NCBI GenBank assembly: GCA_009782915.1
Contig: WRIC01000003.1
Span: 15,195-79,194, forward strand
Source of the DNA: Propionibacteriaceae bacterium
GTDB taxonomy: Bacteria > Actinomycetota > Actinomycetes > Propionibacteriales > Propionibacteriaceae
Direction of reading: 5' to 3'
DNA length: 64,000 nt
The number at the start of each line of letters is the position of its first letter. Position 1 is the first letter of the stretch. The position numbers and the translations under genes were made by a program. The notes beneath the pieces are model-generated. The model did not search any database. It was not told the DNA's origin and saw only the letters and a list, made by a program, of their open reading frames with translations. Positions 1 to 8,649 of the stretch are shown here, in pieces.

Positions 1-798
1 ACCCGACCCCGAACCACGATCAAATATGTCCGAGAAATCAGTAAACGGATACATCCACATGGAGGAAAGATTGTGGGCAACATGCAAAGCGATACTCGCC
101 TCAATCCCACCGGTGCGATAGGCCAGCCACCACAACAGCAAAGCCAAACAAAAATAGAACACATTCAGCCACAAATCCTGGGCATGGTGAAGATAAGCAA
201 ACACCGCAGCCGGGAGAATAGCTGACAGGACCAACCCCAGCCAGCGTACTGGAACAATCGCGCACACCAGTTTCGGCAGCAGGGCCCTCGCCTGAAACTC
301 CTCGCCCGCACACTGCAACGGAGTCGTCAGCAGTATCACAATAATCATGAACCAGGTGTACGGCTTCAACTCCATGTCGGCCAACCCGAAACTATCAGCA
401 CCCACGACAGCAAACTCACCCAGAGTCAACACCACGTACCCAAGAACAAAAATCCCCAAACACTGAAGCAGCCACCTCCAGCGCATCCGCCCCACCACCG
501 AAACCATCCAGCCGAACCCTTGGCGGAAAAAAATCAACCCAACCAGGGTGCACAGCACAATGTCAAAGGCCAGTACGAGGTTGTTCGACAGGAAAGAAAC
601 TGGGGTTGTTTTCGCTGACTCATCCAAAGTAGAGGGATCGACGAGCACCATGATGACCATGTAGAGCACCATCACAAAAAACGACACCACCGCGTAGGAA
701 GCCAAGGCGATCAGCGCCCACCACCAGCGACGCGACGGCACCTGGAAAAACTCCATGTAGTTCTTCACAGTGACCGGTAGGACTGGGCCTTCCCTCAT
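1..798 (-). CDS. CPBP family intramembrane glutamic endopeptidase (CAAX/Abi type), third paralog of a tandem trio; its 3' end runs off the window
   Basis: It is absent from the ORF track because there is no stop inside the window. My minus-strand translation from the ATG at 796-798 gives MREGPVLPVTVKNYMEFFQVPSRRWWWALIAL...PLQCAGEEFQARALLPKL...LAYRTGGIEASIALHVAHN. This is colinear with the two upstream paralogs. There is an ATGA start/stop overlap with 795..1913. Confidence 0.75.
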   Translation of the reverse strand, partial: MREGPVLPVTVKNYMEFFQVPSRRWWWALIALASYAVVSFFVMVLYMVIMVLVDPSTLDESAKTTPVSFLSNNLVLAFDIVLCTLVGLIFFRQGFGWMVSVVGRMRWRWLLQCLGIFVLGYVVLTLGEFAVVGADSFGLADMELKPYTWFMIIVILLTTPLQCAGEEFQARALLPKLVCAIVPVRWLGLVLSAILPAAVFAYLHHAQDLWLNVFYFCLALLLWWLAYRTGGIEASIALHVAHNLSSMWMYPFTDFSDIFDRGSGSG

Positions 799-1913
799 GA
801 TGCTGGGCCTTTCGTGATGGTCTCATTATTGTAGGGAAATGTCGCTGCGGGGAAAACCGGAACCGCGGTGTTGGGCACGAGGGCAGGATCGGGAACCCAA
901 AGACGTACTGTGGTGTTGATCCGGGGAAGATCCTCCTGGGAAGCAACAACCGGAGGATCGATCGTGACATCTGACCAGAAGGCTCGCGGTTTCACCACTA
1001 CAGGTTGACCAGCTGCTGGGGCGGAGAGTCGAACTATTCCTCGCCGTCGCCCGACATAGTCGATGAGAAGAACCAGACCAAGATCCAACCCAATGTAGGC
1101 CAATCCAAAGGGCGACCCGGTTCCGTCGCTTCGATCAAATAAGTCAGAAAAATCCTGGAAAGGAATCATCCACAAGGCCCACAGGTTGTTGGCCAGGTGG
1201 AGTGCGATGCTGGCCTCAATACCGCCAGTACGGTAGGCAAGCCACCACGCCATGAGAGCGAAACAAACGTAGTCGAGGTTCAGCCAGAAATCCTGCGCAT
1301 TGTGCATAACCGTGAACAAGATTGCCGGCAAAATAGCTGAGAGAAGCAACCCCAGGTGACGAATCGGTACGATCGCGGCGATCAATTTGGGCAGAAGAGC
1401 TCGTGCCTGAAACTCCTCCCCCGCGCATTGCAGGGGGGTGGTCAACACTATCGTGGCGATCACAAACCAGGTGTAGGGTTTCCATTCCATGTCATCTGCG
1501 CCGAAGTGTTCAACCCCCAAGAACGCAATCTCCCCCAGAGCCACCACACCATATCCGACCATGGCGATCCCCAAGGCGAGCAACAACCACCGCCACCGCA
1601 TACGCCCCACCACAGAACACAACCACCCGAAACCCTGGCGGAAAAACACGAAAGCAATGAGGGTGCACAAGGCAATATCGGTTGCGTTGTAAAGGTTGTT
1701 GCCTAAGAAATCCGACGGTGAGGTGGTGTCAGGGTCCTCAAATGCGTTCTGATCGAGCCTAACCCACACGAGCACCACGATCACCATGACCACCACGAAC
1801 GCAACACCGTACGCCACTAATGCGATCAGAGCCCACCACCATCGTCGTGCAGGCACCTGGAAGAACTCATAATAATTTTTCCAGGTGATTGGCAGAAACC
1901 CCCCTCGATTCAC
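795..1913 (-). CDS. CPBP family intramembrane glutamic endopeptidase (CAAX/Abi type) with a Pro-rich C-terminal tail of about 100 aa
   Basis: 372-aa ORF with multiple TM segments. Motifs present: EEFQAR (EExxxR), FTVMHNAQD and HLANN (HxxxN). Confidence 0.85.
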   Translation of the reverse strand: MNRGGFLPITWKNYYEFFQVPARRWWWALIALVAYGVAFVVVMVIVVLVWVRLDQNAFEDPDTTSPSDFLGNNLYNATDIALCTLIAFVFFRQGFGWLCSVVGRMRWRWLLLALGIAMVGYGVVALGEIAFLGVEHFGADDMEWKPYTWFVIATIVLTTPLQCAGEEFQARALLPKLIAAIVPIRHLGLLLSAILPAILFTVMHNAQDFWLNLDYVCFALMAWWLAYRTGGIEASIALHLANNLWALWMIPFQDFSDLFDRSDGTGSPFGLAYIGLDLGLVLLIDYVGRRRGIVRLSAPAAGQPVVVKPRAFWSDVTIDPPVVASQEDLPRINTTVRLWVPDPALVPNTAVPVFPAATFPYNNETITKGPAS

Positions 1914-3130
1914 TGGTGCGGGTCCTCAGGTGGCTGGTTTTCCGGAAGCTCCTCCCAAGGCCGAGCACGATCAGCGGTCAACAAACCCGAGCTGCCAAAA
2001 CCACCGGTAGGTATCTGTGGAACGGCAGGTGCTTGTCTGTCAGGTGTGGAGCCCCAGGTTGGCGCCAACTCGCGGAAAGTGGTGGTGATGCGGGGAAGAT
2101 CCTGCTCGGTGGCAGTCACTGGTGGTTCGGCGGTGAGATTGGTGAGGAAAAGCTGAGGTTTGGACACTATCGCCCAGGCAGCTGCGGGGGCAGATTCCCG
2201 TACCAAGCCACGACGGCGGGCCAAGAAATCAAGAAGAAGAACCAAGACCAACTGGCCAAAAAGATCAACCAAAAGCAAAGGGGAGGCCACACCCGACGAA
2301 CGGTCAAACATGTCAGTCATATCCATGAACGGCAGCATCGACATGGAGAACATGTTGTTGACCACATGGAAAGCAATGGATGCCTCCAAACCGCCCGTAC
2401 GGTAAACCAACCACCACAGCATGAAACCCAAGGTGACGTAATAGATGTTCAGCCACAGGTCTTCAGCCATGTGCATGAGCATGAAACATGTGGTCGACAC
2501 CACAGCCGCCACCACGAGGCCAGCCAGCTTGTGGGGAATCAGCGCGGTGAGAATGCGGGAGAAAAACCCTCGCACAACAATCTCTTCGCTCGCCGATTGG
2601 AGCGGAGTGGTCAGCAGGATAGCCCCGATCATGAACCAGGTGTACGGCTTGAGCTCCAGTGGTCCGAAAAACTCCCGTGGATCAGACAAGACAACAATAT
2701 CGATGAAGTAGATCACCACGTACCCAAGAGCAAGGACCCCCAGAGCCAACCCAAACCACGACCAGCGCATCCTGCCCACCACCGACATGAGCCACCCAAA
2801 ACCCTGGCGATAGAACAGCCATGAGAAGAGGATCGCCACCGGAATGAGTGAAACAATGAGCACATTGTTGAACAGGAAAACACTCGGGGAGCCCACCATC
2901 CCTTGAGTTAACTGCATCAACTCAGGATCAATGACCATAGCAATGATCGACACAATAAGGAGAACAAAAAAAGCGGCTACCAGGAACGCGACTAAAACAA
3001 TCAGGGCCCACCACCAGCGCCGCGCCGGCACCTGATAGAAGCGCATATAGTCTTTGAGCTCAGTGGGCTGAAACAACTTCGGTTGCACCGGGGCATACTG
3101 AGTGGCAAATGGATCAGTCATCTGTGACAT
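1910..3130 (-). CDS. CPBP family intramembrane glutamic endopeptidase (CAAX/Abi type), first gene of the tandem trio
   Basis: 406-aa ORF with motifs SEEIVVR, MLMHMAED and FHVVNN. It has the same architecture as its neighbours. There is a 4-nt overlap with the next paralog. Confidence 0.85.
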   Translation of the reverse strand: MSQMTDPFATQYAPVQPKLFQPTELKDYMRFYQVPARRWWWALIVLVAFLVAAFFVLLIVSIIAMVIDPELMQLTQGMVGSPSVFLFNNVLIVSLIPVAILFSWLFYRQGFGWLMSVVGRMRWSWFGLALGVLALGYVVIYFIDIVVLSDPREFFGPLELKPYTWFMIGAILLTTPLQSASEEIVVRGFFSRILTALIPHKLAGLVVAAVVSTTCFMLMHMAEDLWLNIYYVTLGFMLWWLVYRTGGLEASIAFHVVNNMFSMSMLPFMDMTDMFDRSSGVASPLLLVDLFGQLVLVLLLDFLARRRGLVRESAPAAAWAIVSKPQLFLTNLTAEPPVTATEQDLPRITTTFRELAPTWGSTPDRQAPAVPQIPTGGFGSSGLLTADRARPWEELPENQPPEDPHQ

Positions 3131-3190
3131 ACCACTAGTCTGTCACAATCTGATGCCGTGCGTGTCAGTGGGGACAGGCACCACCAATCA

Positions 3191-3522
3191 CGTCCCCCTG
3201 CGGAGCGTAGCGACTCGCAGGGCCCAGACCACCTAGTTGTTTGACTGTAGAGTCTGGATTCTGCGAGTCGCTGCGCTCCGCAGAATGACGATGTTAGAGG
3301 GTACGTGTGACAGGGGGACGGCATGACAGGCACCCCTGTCACGTCCTATTCCCCTTGCCGTCTCCCTGAGTTCCCCTTCCGCGTCTCCCTGCGCGAAGTC
3401 GCAGGGTCCAGACTACACAGCTGCCCAACTGTGGAGTCTGGATTCTGCGAGTCGCTTCGCTCCGCAGAATGACGATGTTCGAAGGCATGGGACTGTGACA
3501 GTTCATACCGTCCCCCTGTCAC
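3191..3522. repeat. Repeat island: two complete Family-B bipartite palindromic elements (3191-3290, 3383-3474) and two Family-A GTGAC-box hairpins (3305-3341, 3495-3522)
   Basis: The sequence reads CCCTGCGGAGCGTAGCGACTCGCAGGGCCCAGAC, spacer, GTCTGGATTCTGCGAGTCGCTGCGCTCCGCAGAATGACG. It also contains GTGACAGTTCATACCGTCCCCCTGTCAC. Both recur throughout the window. Confidence 0.9.
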
Positions 3523-3538
3523 GAACTAGAATGGTCTT

Positions 3539-4063
3539 ATGAGTATGTCTGCTGATGTTCGCGAATGGAAGAACTGGGTTTCCTTGGTGGCCCGGTTGAT
3601 CCTGGGGGTGGTGCTCGTGTGGGCGGGGTTGTCGAAAATCACCAACCTGGAGGGGTCGGTCCATGCGACCTCGGCGTACCAAATCCTGCCCTATGAGCTC
3701 GCCCGAGTGGTGGGGTACGCTCTACCGTTTATCGAAATCGCCGTGGGAGCCATGCTCATTGTGGGGTTCTTCACCCGTGCGATGGGGTTGATTGGTGCGC
3801 TGATGATGCTTGCTTTTGTGATCGCCATCGCTAGTGTGTGGGCGCGCGGGATCGCCATCGACTGTGGATGCTTCGGTGACGGTGGACCCATCGACCCCGC
3901 TGAAGCCATGGCGAAATACCCCTGGGAGATCGCCCGAGACCTCGGCTTGATGGCGTGCGGAATCTGGCTCACCCTGCGCAAGAAGCAGTTCCTCGCAGTC
4001 GATGGCTGGTTGTTCCGCCCCGTCGAAGAGATCCTGGCCCGCCAAGACCGTCGACACCGCTGA
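3539..4063 (+). CDS. MauE/DoxX family membrane protein (redox-associated)
   Basis: 174-aa ORF with 4 predicted TM segments and the CGCFG motif typical of MauE-like proteins. It lies next to the sulfide-oxidation genes. Confidence 0.7.
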   Translation: MSMSADVREWKNWVSLVARLILGVVLVWAGLSKITNLEGSVHATSAYQILPYELARVVGYALPFIEIAVGAMLIVGFFTRAMGLIGALMMLAFVIAIASVWARGIAIDCGCFGDGGPIDPAEAMAKYPWEIARDLGLMACGIWLTLRKKQFLAVDGWLFRPVEEILARQDRRHR

Positions 4064-4383
4064 GTGTGACCAAAGGGGACGGGGCGTTTGTCACACGCGC
4101 CCGTCACCCTGCGGAGCGAAGCGACTCGCAGGGTCCAGAAACACCAGTTGTATGACTGTGGAGTCTGGGTTCTGCGACTTCGCGCAGAATGACGGGGTAG
4201 GGTTGCGCAGAATGACGGGGTAGGGTTGCGCAGAAAGACAGGGAAGGGATGCCACTCGGCGGTAGTGTGACAAGGTGCCTGTCCCCTTGTCACAGTCCCG
4301 CGCAGGTGTGACAGTTCATACCGTCCCCTTGTCACACTGTCGCACTCACGCAGAGTGGGTCAGTTAGTACCGTCCCCAGTCAC
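4064..4383. repeat. Repeat island containing Family A and Family B units and a tandem array
   Basis: Components by direct reading: a Family-A unit (4064-4095); a Family-B element (4097-4190); a 23-bp tandem array GCGCAGAATGACGGGGTAGGGTT x2.7 (4182-4245); and three Family-A hairpins (4266-4293, 4307-4334, about 4358-4383). Each unit matches copies elsewhere in the window. Confidence 0.9.
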
Positions 4384-4385
4384 AC

Positions 4386-4556
4386 TTAGCGGTGATGGGA
4401 GGCGGCAATCACCTTCAGCATGCGGATATTGATGCCGATCAGGCGCCATAGTTGGACGAATACGTTCTTGCGTGCCTTCAAGGTTTTCTTGGTGGGCAGG
4501 GGTGCAACAGCGATGCGCTCCATGATCCCCGGATCAAATTCTAAAACTTCGTTCAT
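4386..4556 (-). CDS. Candidate 56-aa small protein immediately downstream of sqr
   Basis: It falls below the ORF-track size cut-off. My translation is MNEVLEFDPGIMERIAVAPLPTKKTLKARKNVFVQLWRLIGINIRMLKVIAASHHR*. It starts 10 nt after the sqr stop on the same strand and has an amphipathic or hydrophobic C-terminal half. I recognise no family. Confidence 0.35.
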   Translation of the reverse strand: MNEVLEFDPGIMERIAVAPLPTKKTLKARKNVFVQLWRLIGINIRMLKVIAASHHR

Positions 4557-4566
4557 GGTTTTTCTC

Positions 4567-6024
4567 TCATTCCGGGATCATCCACCACAGGATGCGTGCC
4601 TTGGCTTTGTGAAGGAACAGGATGTGCAGCAAATGCTTCATCCAGTGCCCAGCGAGACCGATCTCACCAGAGGTGCCTTTCTCGTCACGCCCAGTGTTCG
4701 GATGGGCCTGCCAATCGGGTACGACCGGGTGCATCGTCATCGACGCGGCAGAACCCTTAAACAGTCCCATTCCCGCTGATGCGATACATGCCGCACCCAT
4801 GCCAGTCATGGGCGAGGAGTACGCCGGTTTGTTCTTGCCTTTGATGCGATCCACCACCGTCAACACAACAGTCTTGGCGATGATACCCGAGGGCATTCCA
4901 GTACGCGGGGGTGCGGGAGTGATGACCGTACCATTCGGCGAAGTGCGCGGAACAGAAATCTGGTGGGGTGGAGCAAACGCAATCCCAGCTGCAAACATGT
5001 TGTCGTACTTCGGGGACTGATAGGTCTTCGGCCAATCATCAGCCGTCCAATTCTCGTAGGCCCCAGCGCCATAGTTGGCGTCCACTTTCATGAACCCAGC
5101 CGGGTTGAACACCTCGTCAGTGATGTCCTTGCCTTTCTTATCGAACGCTTTCATGTCAGCGCCCTTGAACGGTGGAAGGAGCATCGCAAAATCGAACTCC
5201 AACTCATGGGTGGAGCCATCCAACTGCTCATAGTGGATGACACCGGGTTCGATCTTCGAGCAATGGGCGCCCACGATCGCTTGGACACCGCGCTCACGAT
5301 AGAGCGACTCTGTCCACAGCCGTGACGTGGTTTGGAACCCCTGCTGGGTGAACGTCATGCCCCCCACACCGAAGTCGCCGAGCTCGGCTTCATTGGTGAG
5401 ATAGTAGACCTCCGCATTGTCGCGTACGCCCTCCTCGCGCAGAACATGCTCAAGGTTGAAGGTGTACTCGAAAGCCGCGCCCTCGCAGGTGCAGGTTCCG
5501 TGACCGGTACCCACCACGAAACGCAGTTTCTTTCCTTGACGGCAAGACTCGATCGCCTTCTGGAGATGCTCATTGGCCTCATGGGCGTGGGATGCCGTAC
5601 ACACCGACACAGTATTGCCGGCGTCAGGTCCCAACCCCTCAGTGGCCGCGAAATTCAACTTCGGGCCGGTGCAGTTGATGAGATAGTCATACTCGATCTC
5701 CACAGTTTGACCCTTGGTCTCTTCCATGGTCGATTCGGCCACTACGTACGGTGACTCGTGACCATTGCCACCCTCAGGGTAGACGGCTGTGGCGAGCCCC
5801 TGATGGAACTCGATCTTCTTGCGTTGATAGAGGGGCGCCAAGGGGAACAGCACCTTCTCTTGTTTCATTTTGCCCACACCCACCCAAATATTGGAGGGAA
5901 TCCAATTCCATTGGGAGTTTGGTGAGACAACGATCACCTCGTGGTTTTTGCCGAGGATTCTCTTGGCATGCAGTGCTGCGGTGTGACCTGCCACACCCGC
6001 ACCCAAAATCAGTAGACGCGCCAT
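4567..6024 (-). CDS. sqr: Sulfide:quinone oxidoreductase (FAD-dependent pyridine nucleotide-disulfide oxidoreductase family)
   Basis: 485 aa with an N-terminal GAGVAG dinucleotide fold. Three SQR-type cysteine contexts are present: VCTASHA, GTCTCEGAAFEY and GAACIASAG. It is divergent from a CoADR-rhodanese gene. Confidence 0.75.
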   Translation of the reverse strand: MARLLILGAGVAGHTAALHAKRILGKNHEVIVVSPNSQWNWIPSNIWVGVGKMKQEKVLFPLAPLYQRKKIEFHQGLATAVYPEGGNGHESPYVVAESTMEETKGQTVEIEYDYLINCTGPKLNFAATEGLGPDAGNTVSVCTASHAHEANEHLQKAIESCRQGKKLRFVVGTGHGTCTCEGAAFEYTFNLEHVLREEGVRDNAEVYYLTNEAELGDFGVGGMTFTQQGFQTTSRLWTESLYRERGVQAIVGAHCSKIEPGVIHYEQLDGSTHELEFDFAMLLPPFKGADMKAFDKKGKDITDEVFNPAGFMKVDANYGAGAYENWTADDWPKTYQSPKYDNMFAAGIAFAPPHQISVPRTSPNGTVITPAPPRTGMPSGIIAKTVVLTVVDRIKGKNKPAYSSPMTGMGAACIASAGMGLFKGSAASMTMHPVVPDWQAHPNTGRDEKGTSGEIGLAGHWMKHLLHILFLHKAKARILWWMIPE

Positions 6025-6111
6025 GGGGCCACCTGCTTAGCTAGTTTCATGGTGCCAACGTACACCCGCACCACCGGTCACACAAGGGCACAACCAAAGA
6101 CATGGACACAC

Positions 6112-6140
6112 TAGCCAAGGTATACCCCCTGGGGTATACT
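6112..6140 (+). promoter_or_regulatory. Putative promoter of the CoADR-RHD gene (-35 TAGCCA, -10 TATACT), compatible with a leaderless or near-leaderless transcript
   Basis: TATACT lies at 6135-6140 and ends 7 nt before the ATG at 6148. No Shine-Dalgarno sequence lies between them. A 17-nt spacer separates it from a weak -35 at 6112-6117. Confidence 0.4.
6120..6139. promoter_or_regulatory. Perfect 9-2-9 palindrome GTATACCCC-CT-GGGGTATAC; a CsoR/CstR-type operator candidate
   Basis: I read it directly. It sits in the 123-bp sqr / CoADR-RHD divergent intergenic region and overlaps the putative -10. It resembles the ATACCC...GGGTAT operators of the CsoR/CstR family, as recalled from memory. Confidence 0.5.
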
Positions 6141-6147
6141 GGTCGCC

Positions 6148-7827
6148 ATGTCTGTTCATAGATATATCATCGTTGGTGGGGTCGCTGGCGGAATGTCCGC
6201 AGCTGCGCGACTACGCAGGCTCGACGAGTCAGCCTCCATCATTGTGCTCGAGCGCGGGAACTATGTGTCCTTCGCCAACTGTGGGCTACCGTACTACGTC
6301 TCCGGGGAGATAGAAGCTGAAGACGCCCTGCTCCTGCAGACACCAGCATCCCTAGCTGCATCGCTCAACTTGGAGGTACGTGTTGGGCATGAGGTGGTGG
6401 CCCTTGATGCCAGCAAACATCAGGTGAAGGTCGCCACCCCCAGCGGTGAAGAGGTTCTCGAGTACGACACACTGATTCTCTCCCCCGGGGCTGTGGCCTC
6501 GCGCCCCCCCATTGAAGGACTCGACCACCCACGCGTCCACACTTTGCGAACCATCGATGATGCACGCAAACTAGAGAAAGCCGCAGGGTTGGGCGGAACC
6601 GCGGTCGTGCTGGGTGCGGGATTCATCGGACTCGAAGGGGCCGAAGCCCTCGCGCATCGCGGACTAGACGTCCATGTGGTCGAATTCGCCCCCCACGTAC
6701 TGCCACCGTTAGAAAATGAACTAGCAACCCTCGTACGCCAAGAAATGCGGGCCATGGGAATGGCGGTCCGCGAATCGGTGGGCGCATCCAAGATCGACGA
6801 CGAAGGGGGTCGGGCGCTGGTTCACCTCAACAACGGGGAGACGATCACCGCGGACACTGTTGTGTTGGCCACCGGGGTGACCCCCGACACTGCGTTGTTC
6901 GCTGAAGCCGGTGTAGTGTGCGAGCGCGGATTCATCGTGGTGGACGCCCATGGTAAAACCAATGTGGAGGATGTTTATGCCGTCGGGGACGCCACGTTGA
7001 GCAAGGATGCGATCACCAAGAAGGATCGCCCCAACCAGCTTGCTGGGCCCGCCAACCGTGCTGGGCGACTCGTCGCTGATGCACTCGGACCTCGTGGTGC
7101 TCGCGATATCCCGACCGTACTAGGAACCGCAATCCTGCGCATGGGGAAACTCACTGCTGCGATGACCGGCGCGAATCGTGGTGCCCTGGAGGATGCGGGG
7201 ATCTCGTACACCACCATTCACGTGCATCCCGCCAACCACGCAGGTTATTTCCCTGGTGGTACACAGATGCACCTCATCGTGCACATAGATCCCACCACCG
7301 GGCGAATCCTGGGCGCACAAGGTGTGGGCCAGGATGGGGTTGATAAACGCATCGACGTTCTGGCGACCGCGATCCGTGGTGGGCTCACTGCTGCGGACCT
7401 CATCGACATTGACCTGTGTTACTCCCCGCCGTTTGGCTCCGCCAAAGACCCCATCACCATGATCGGTTTCGTGGCCGACAACGTGTTGAGTGAGCAGACT
7501 TCACTGTGGTACCCCGAGCAGTTGGAGTGGGCGCGTAGTTCTGCTTTGGTCTTGGACGTACGTACCGCCAAAGAATTCGCGACCGGGCACCTGCCCGAGG
7601 CGGTGAACATCCCCCATGTGGAGTTGCGCGGGCGCCTGGAGGAGGTACGCGCGTTAGCTGGGGATCGCCCCATCGCGGTGATGTGCCAATCGGGGGTACG
7701 CTCCTACATTGCACACCGAATCCTCGCCGGCAACGGTTTCACCTCACAGACCCTCTCCGGTGGCATGCTCACCCTGCGGGCCTGGCTAGGTGACGAAGCA
7801 TCCACCGTACTCACCGCCACGGTGTGA
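6148..7827 (+). CDS. CoA-disulfide reductase with a C-terminal rhodanese domain (CoADR-RHD / CoA persulfide reductase type)
   Basis: 559 aa. It has a GGVAGG FAD fold, the redox Cys motif SFANCGLPY, a second GAGFIG fold, and a C-terminal rhodanese active-site loop CQSGVRS. Confidence 0.85.
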   Translation: MSVHRYIIVGGVAGGMSAAARLRRLDESASIIVLERGNYVSFANCGLPYYVSGEIEAEDALLLQTPASLAASLNLEVRVGHEVVALDASKHQVKVATPSGEEVLEYDTLILSPGAVASRPPIEGLDHPRVHTLRTIDDARKLEKAAGLGGTAVVLGAGFIGLEGAEALAHRGLDVHVVEFAPHVLPPLENELATLVRQEMRAMGMAVRESVGASKIDDEGGRALVHLNNGETITADTVVLATGVTPDTALFAEAGVVCERGFIVVDAHGKTNVEDVYAVGDATLSKDAITKKDRPNQLAGPANRAGRLVADALGPRGARDIPTVLGTAILRMGKLTAAMTGANRGALEDAGISYTTIHVHPANHAGYFPGGTQMHLIVHIDPTTGRILGAQGVGQDGVDKRIDVLATAIRGGLTAADLIDIDLCYSPPFGSAKDPITMIGFVADNVLSEQTSLWYPEQLEWARSSALVLDVRTAKEFATGHLPEAVNIPHVELRGRLEEVRALAGDRPIAVMCQSGVRSYIAHRILAGNGFTSQTLSGGMLTLRAWLGDEASTVLTATV

Positions 7828-7950
7828 CAGGGGGACGGTATGAATTGTCACACCCCACCTCGTCACACCCCTGCAACACAAGGGGACGGGGCGTTTGTCA
7901 CACCCTGGGCGTTTGTCACACCCTATGTGACAAACGCCCCGTCCCCTTGT
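7823..7950. repeat. Four Family-A GTGAC-box units, including an inverted pair
   Basis: The units are GTGACAGGGGGACGGTATGAATTGTCAC, CAAGGGGACGGGGCGTTTGTCAC, GGGCGTTTGTCACA and GTGACAAACGCCCCGTCCCCTTG. The first contains the TGA stop of the preceding gene. Confidence 0.9.
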
Positions 7951-8000
7951 GTTGCTGACCAATAGACCAACTAGTTCTCGACCAACCGAAAGGAATCACT

Positions 8001-8183
8001 ATGTGTCGACCAGTACCCTGCAATGTCTGCGGGAAAACAACCTGGGCCGGATGTGGCCAGCATGTTGCCCAGGTCAAAGCAACAGTCCCCGCGAGCGATT
8101 GGTGCGGCGGCAAGCACACCCCCGAGGAGATCGCAGCCGCCAAACCCGAGGGTGGATTCTTCTCCCGCATGTTCGGCCGCTAA
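8001..8183 (+). CDS. Small cysteine-rich protein (60 aa), conserved-hypothetical type
   Basis: The sequence begins MCRPVPCNVCGKTTWAGCGQHV...CGG. An AAGGA RBS lies 7 nt upstream. I recall similar small Cys-rich ORFs in other actinobacteria but cannot name the family. Confidence 0.55.
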   Translation: MCRPVPCNVCGKTTWAGCGQHVAQVKATVPASDWCGGKHTPEEIAAAKPEGGFFSRMFGR

Positions 8184-8294
8184 GCCCCACCTCTGCCACG
8201 CTCACCCACCGTGTCACGCTAATCCACCGTGTCTATTCGCGGAACACACCCAGCCCGTCTTTCCGCGGAGCGGACAGTGAGGCACAACCCCCTC

Positions 8295-8451
8295 GTCACC
8301 CTGCGGAGCACTGCGAGTCGCGCTGGCGCGCTCCGCAGCACCACGACGCAGACCAAGGGCAGGGATGCTTGCATTCATGCCGAGGTCAAGGAAGTGGTTG
8401 ACGAACGAAGTGAGGAACACAGGCTCCGCGACTCGCAGGGTCCAGACTACC
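8295..8451 (+). repeat. Left copy of a 157-bp perfect inverted repeat flanking adk
   Basis: A base-by-base comparison shows 8295-8451 equals the reverse complement of 9356-9512. It is a Family-B long arm interrupted by a roughly 77-bp insert (8342-8418), followed by a Family-B L arm. Confidence 0.95.
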
Positions 8452-8620
8452 CAGTTGTCCCACTGTGGAGTCTGGATTCTGCGACTTCGCGCAGAAAGAC
8501 GGGGTCGGGTGCGCAGAAAGACGGATTGGGGGGTGATAAACGCCGACGGACGGGGGTGTGTTAAATACGCCCACACTCGCAACTGTCATTCTGCGCGAAG
8601 TCGCAGAATCCAGACTCCAC
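8452..8620. repeat. Family-B spacer and R arm, GCGCAGAAAGACGG short tandem, Family-A variant (GTGATAAACGCCGACGGACGG), and a solitary Family-B arm (8585-8620)
   Basis: By direct reading, each unit matches other copies in the window. Confidence 0.8.
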
Positions 8621-8649
8621 ATTCACACGAATCAGGCTTCTGGGCGCTA

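Noticed and set aside
3691-4335. ORFs that translate the repeat islands, for example 3691..4335, 7949..8401, 8214..8582, 9353..9808, 10472..10978, 36414..36893 and 43333..43578. They give recurring peptides such as HPAERSDSQGPD, SARSRRIQTPQ and KGDGAFVT.
   Set aside because: The recurring peptides simply reflect repeated DNA read in arbitrary frames across intergenic regions. No start or RBS context supports them. Only the two cases embedded in otherwise intact, motif-bearing genes (cydDC and the methyltransferase) are treated as translated.
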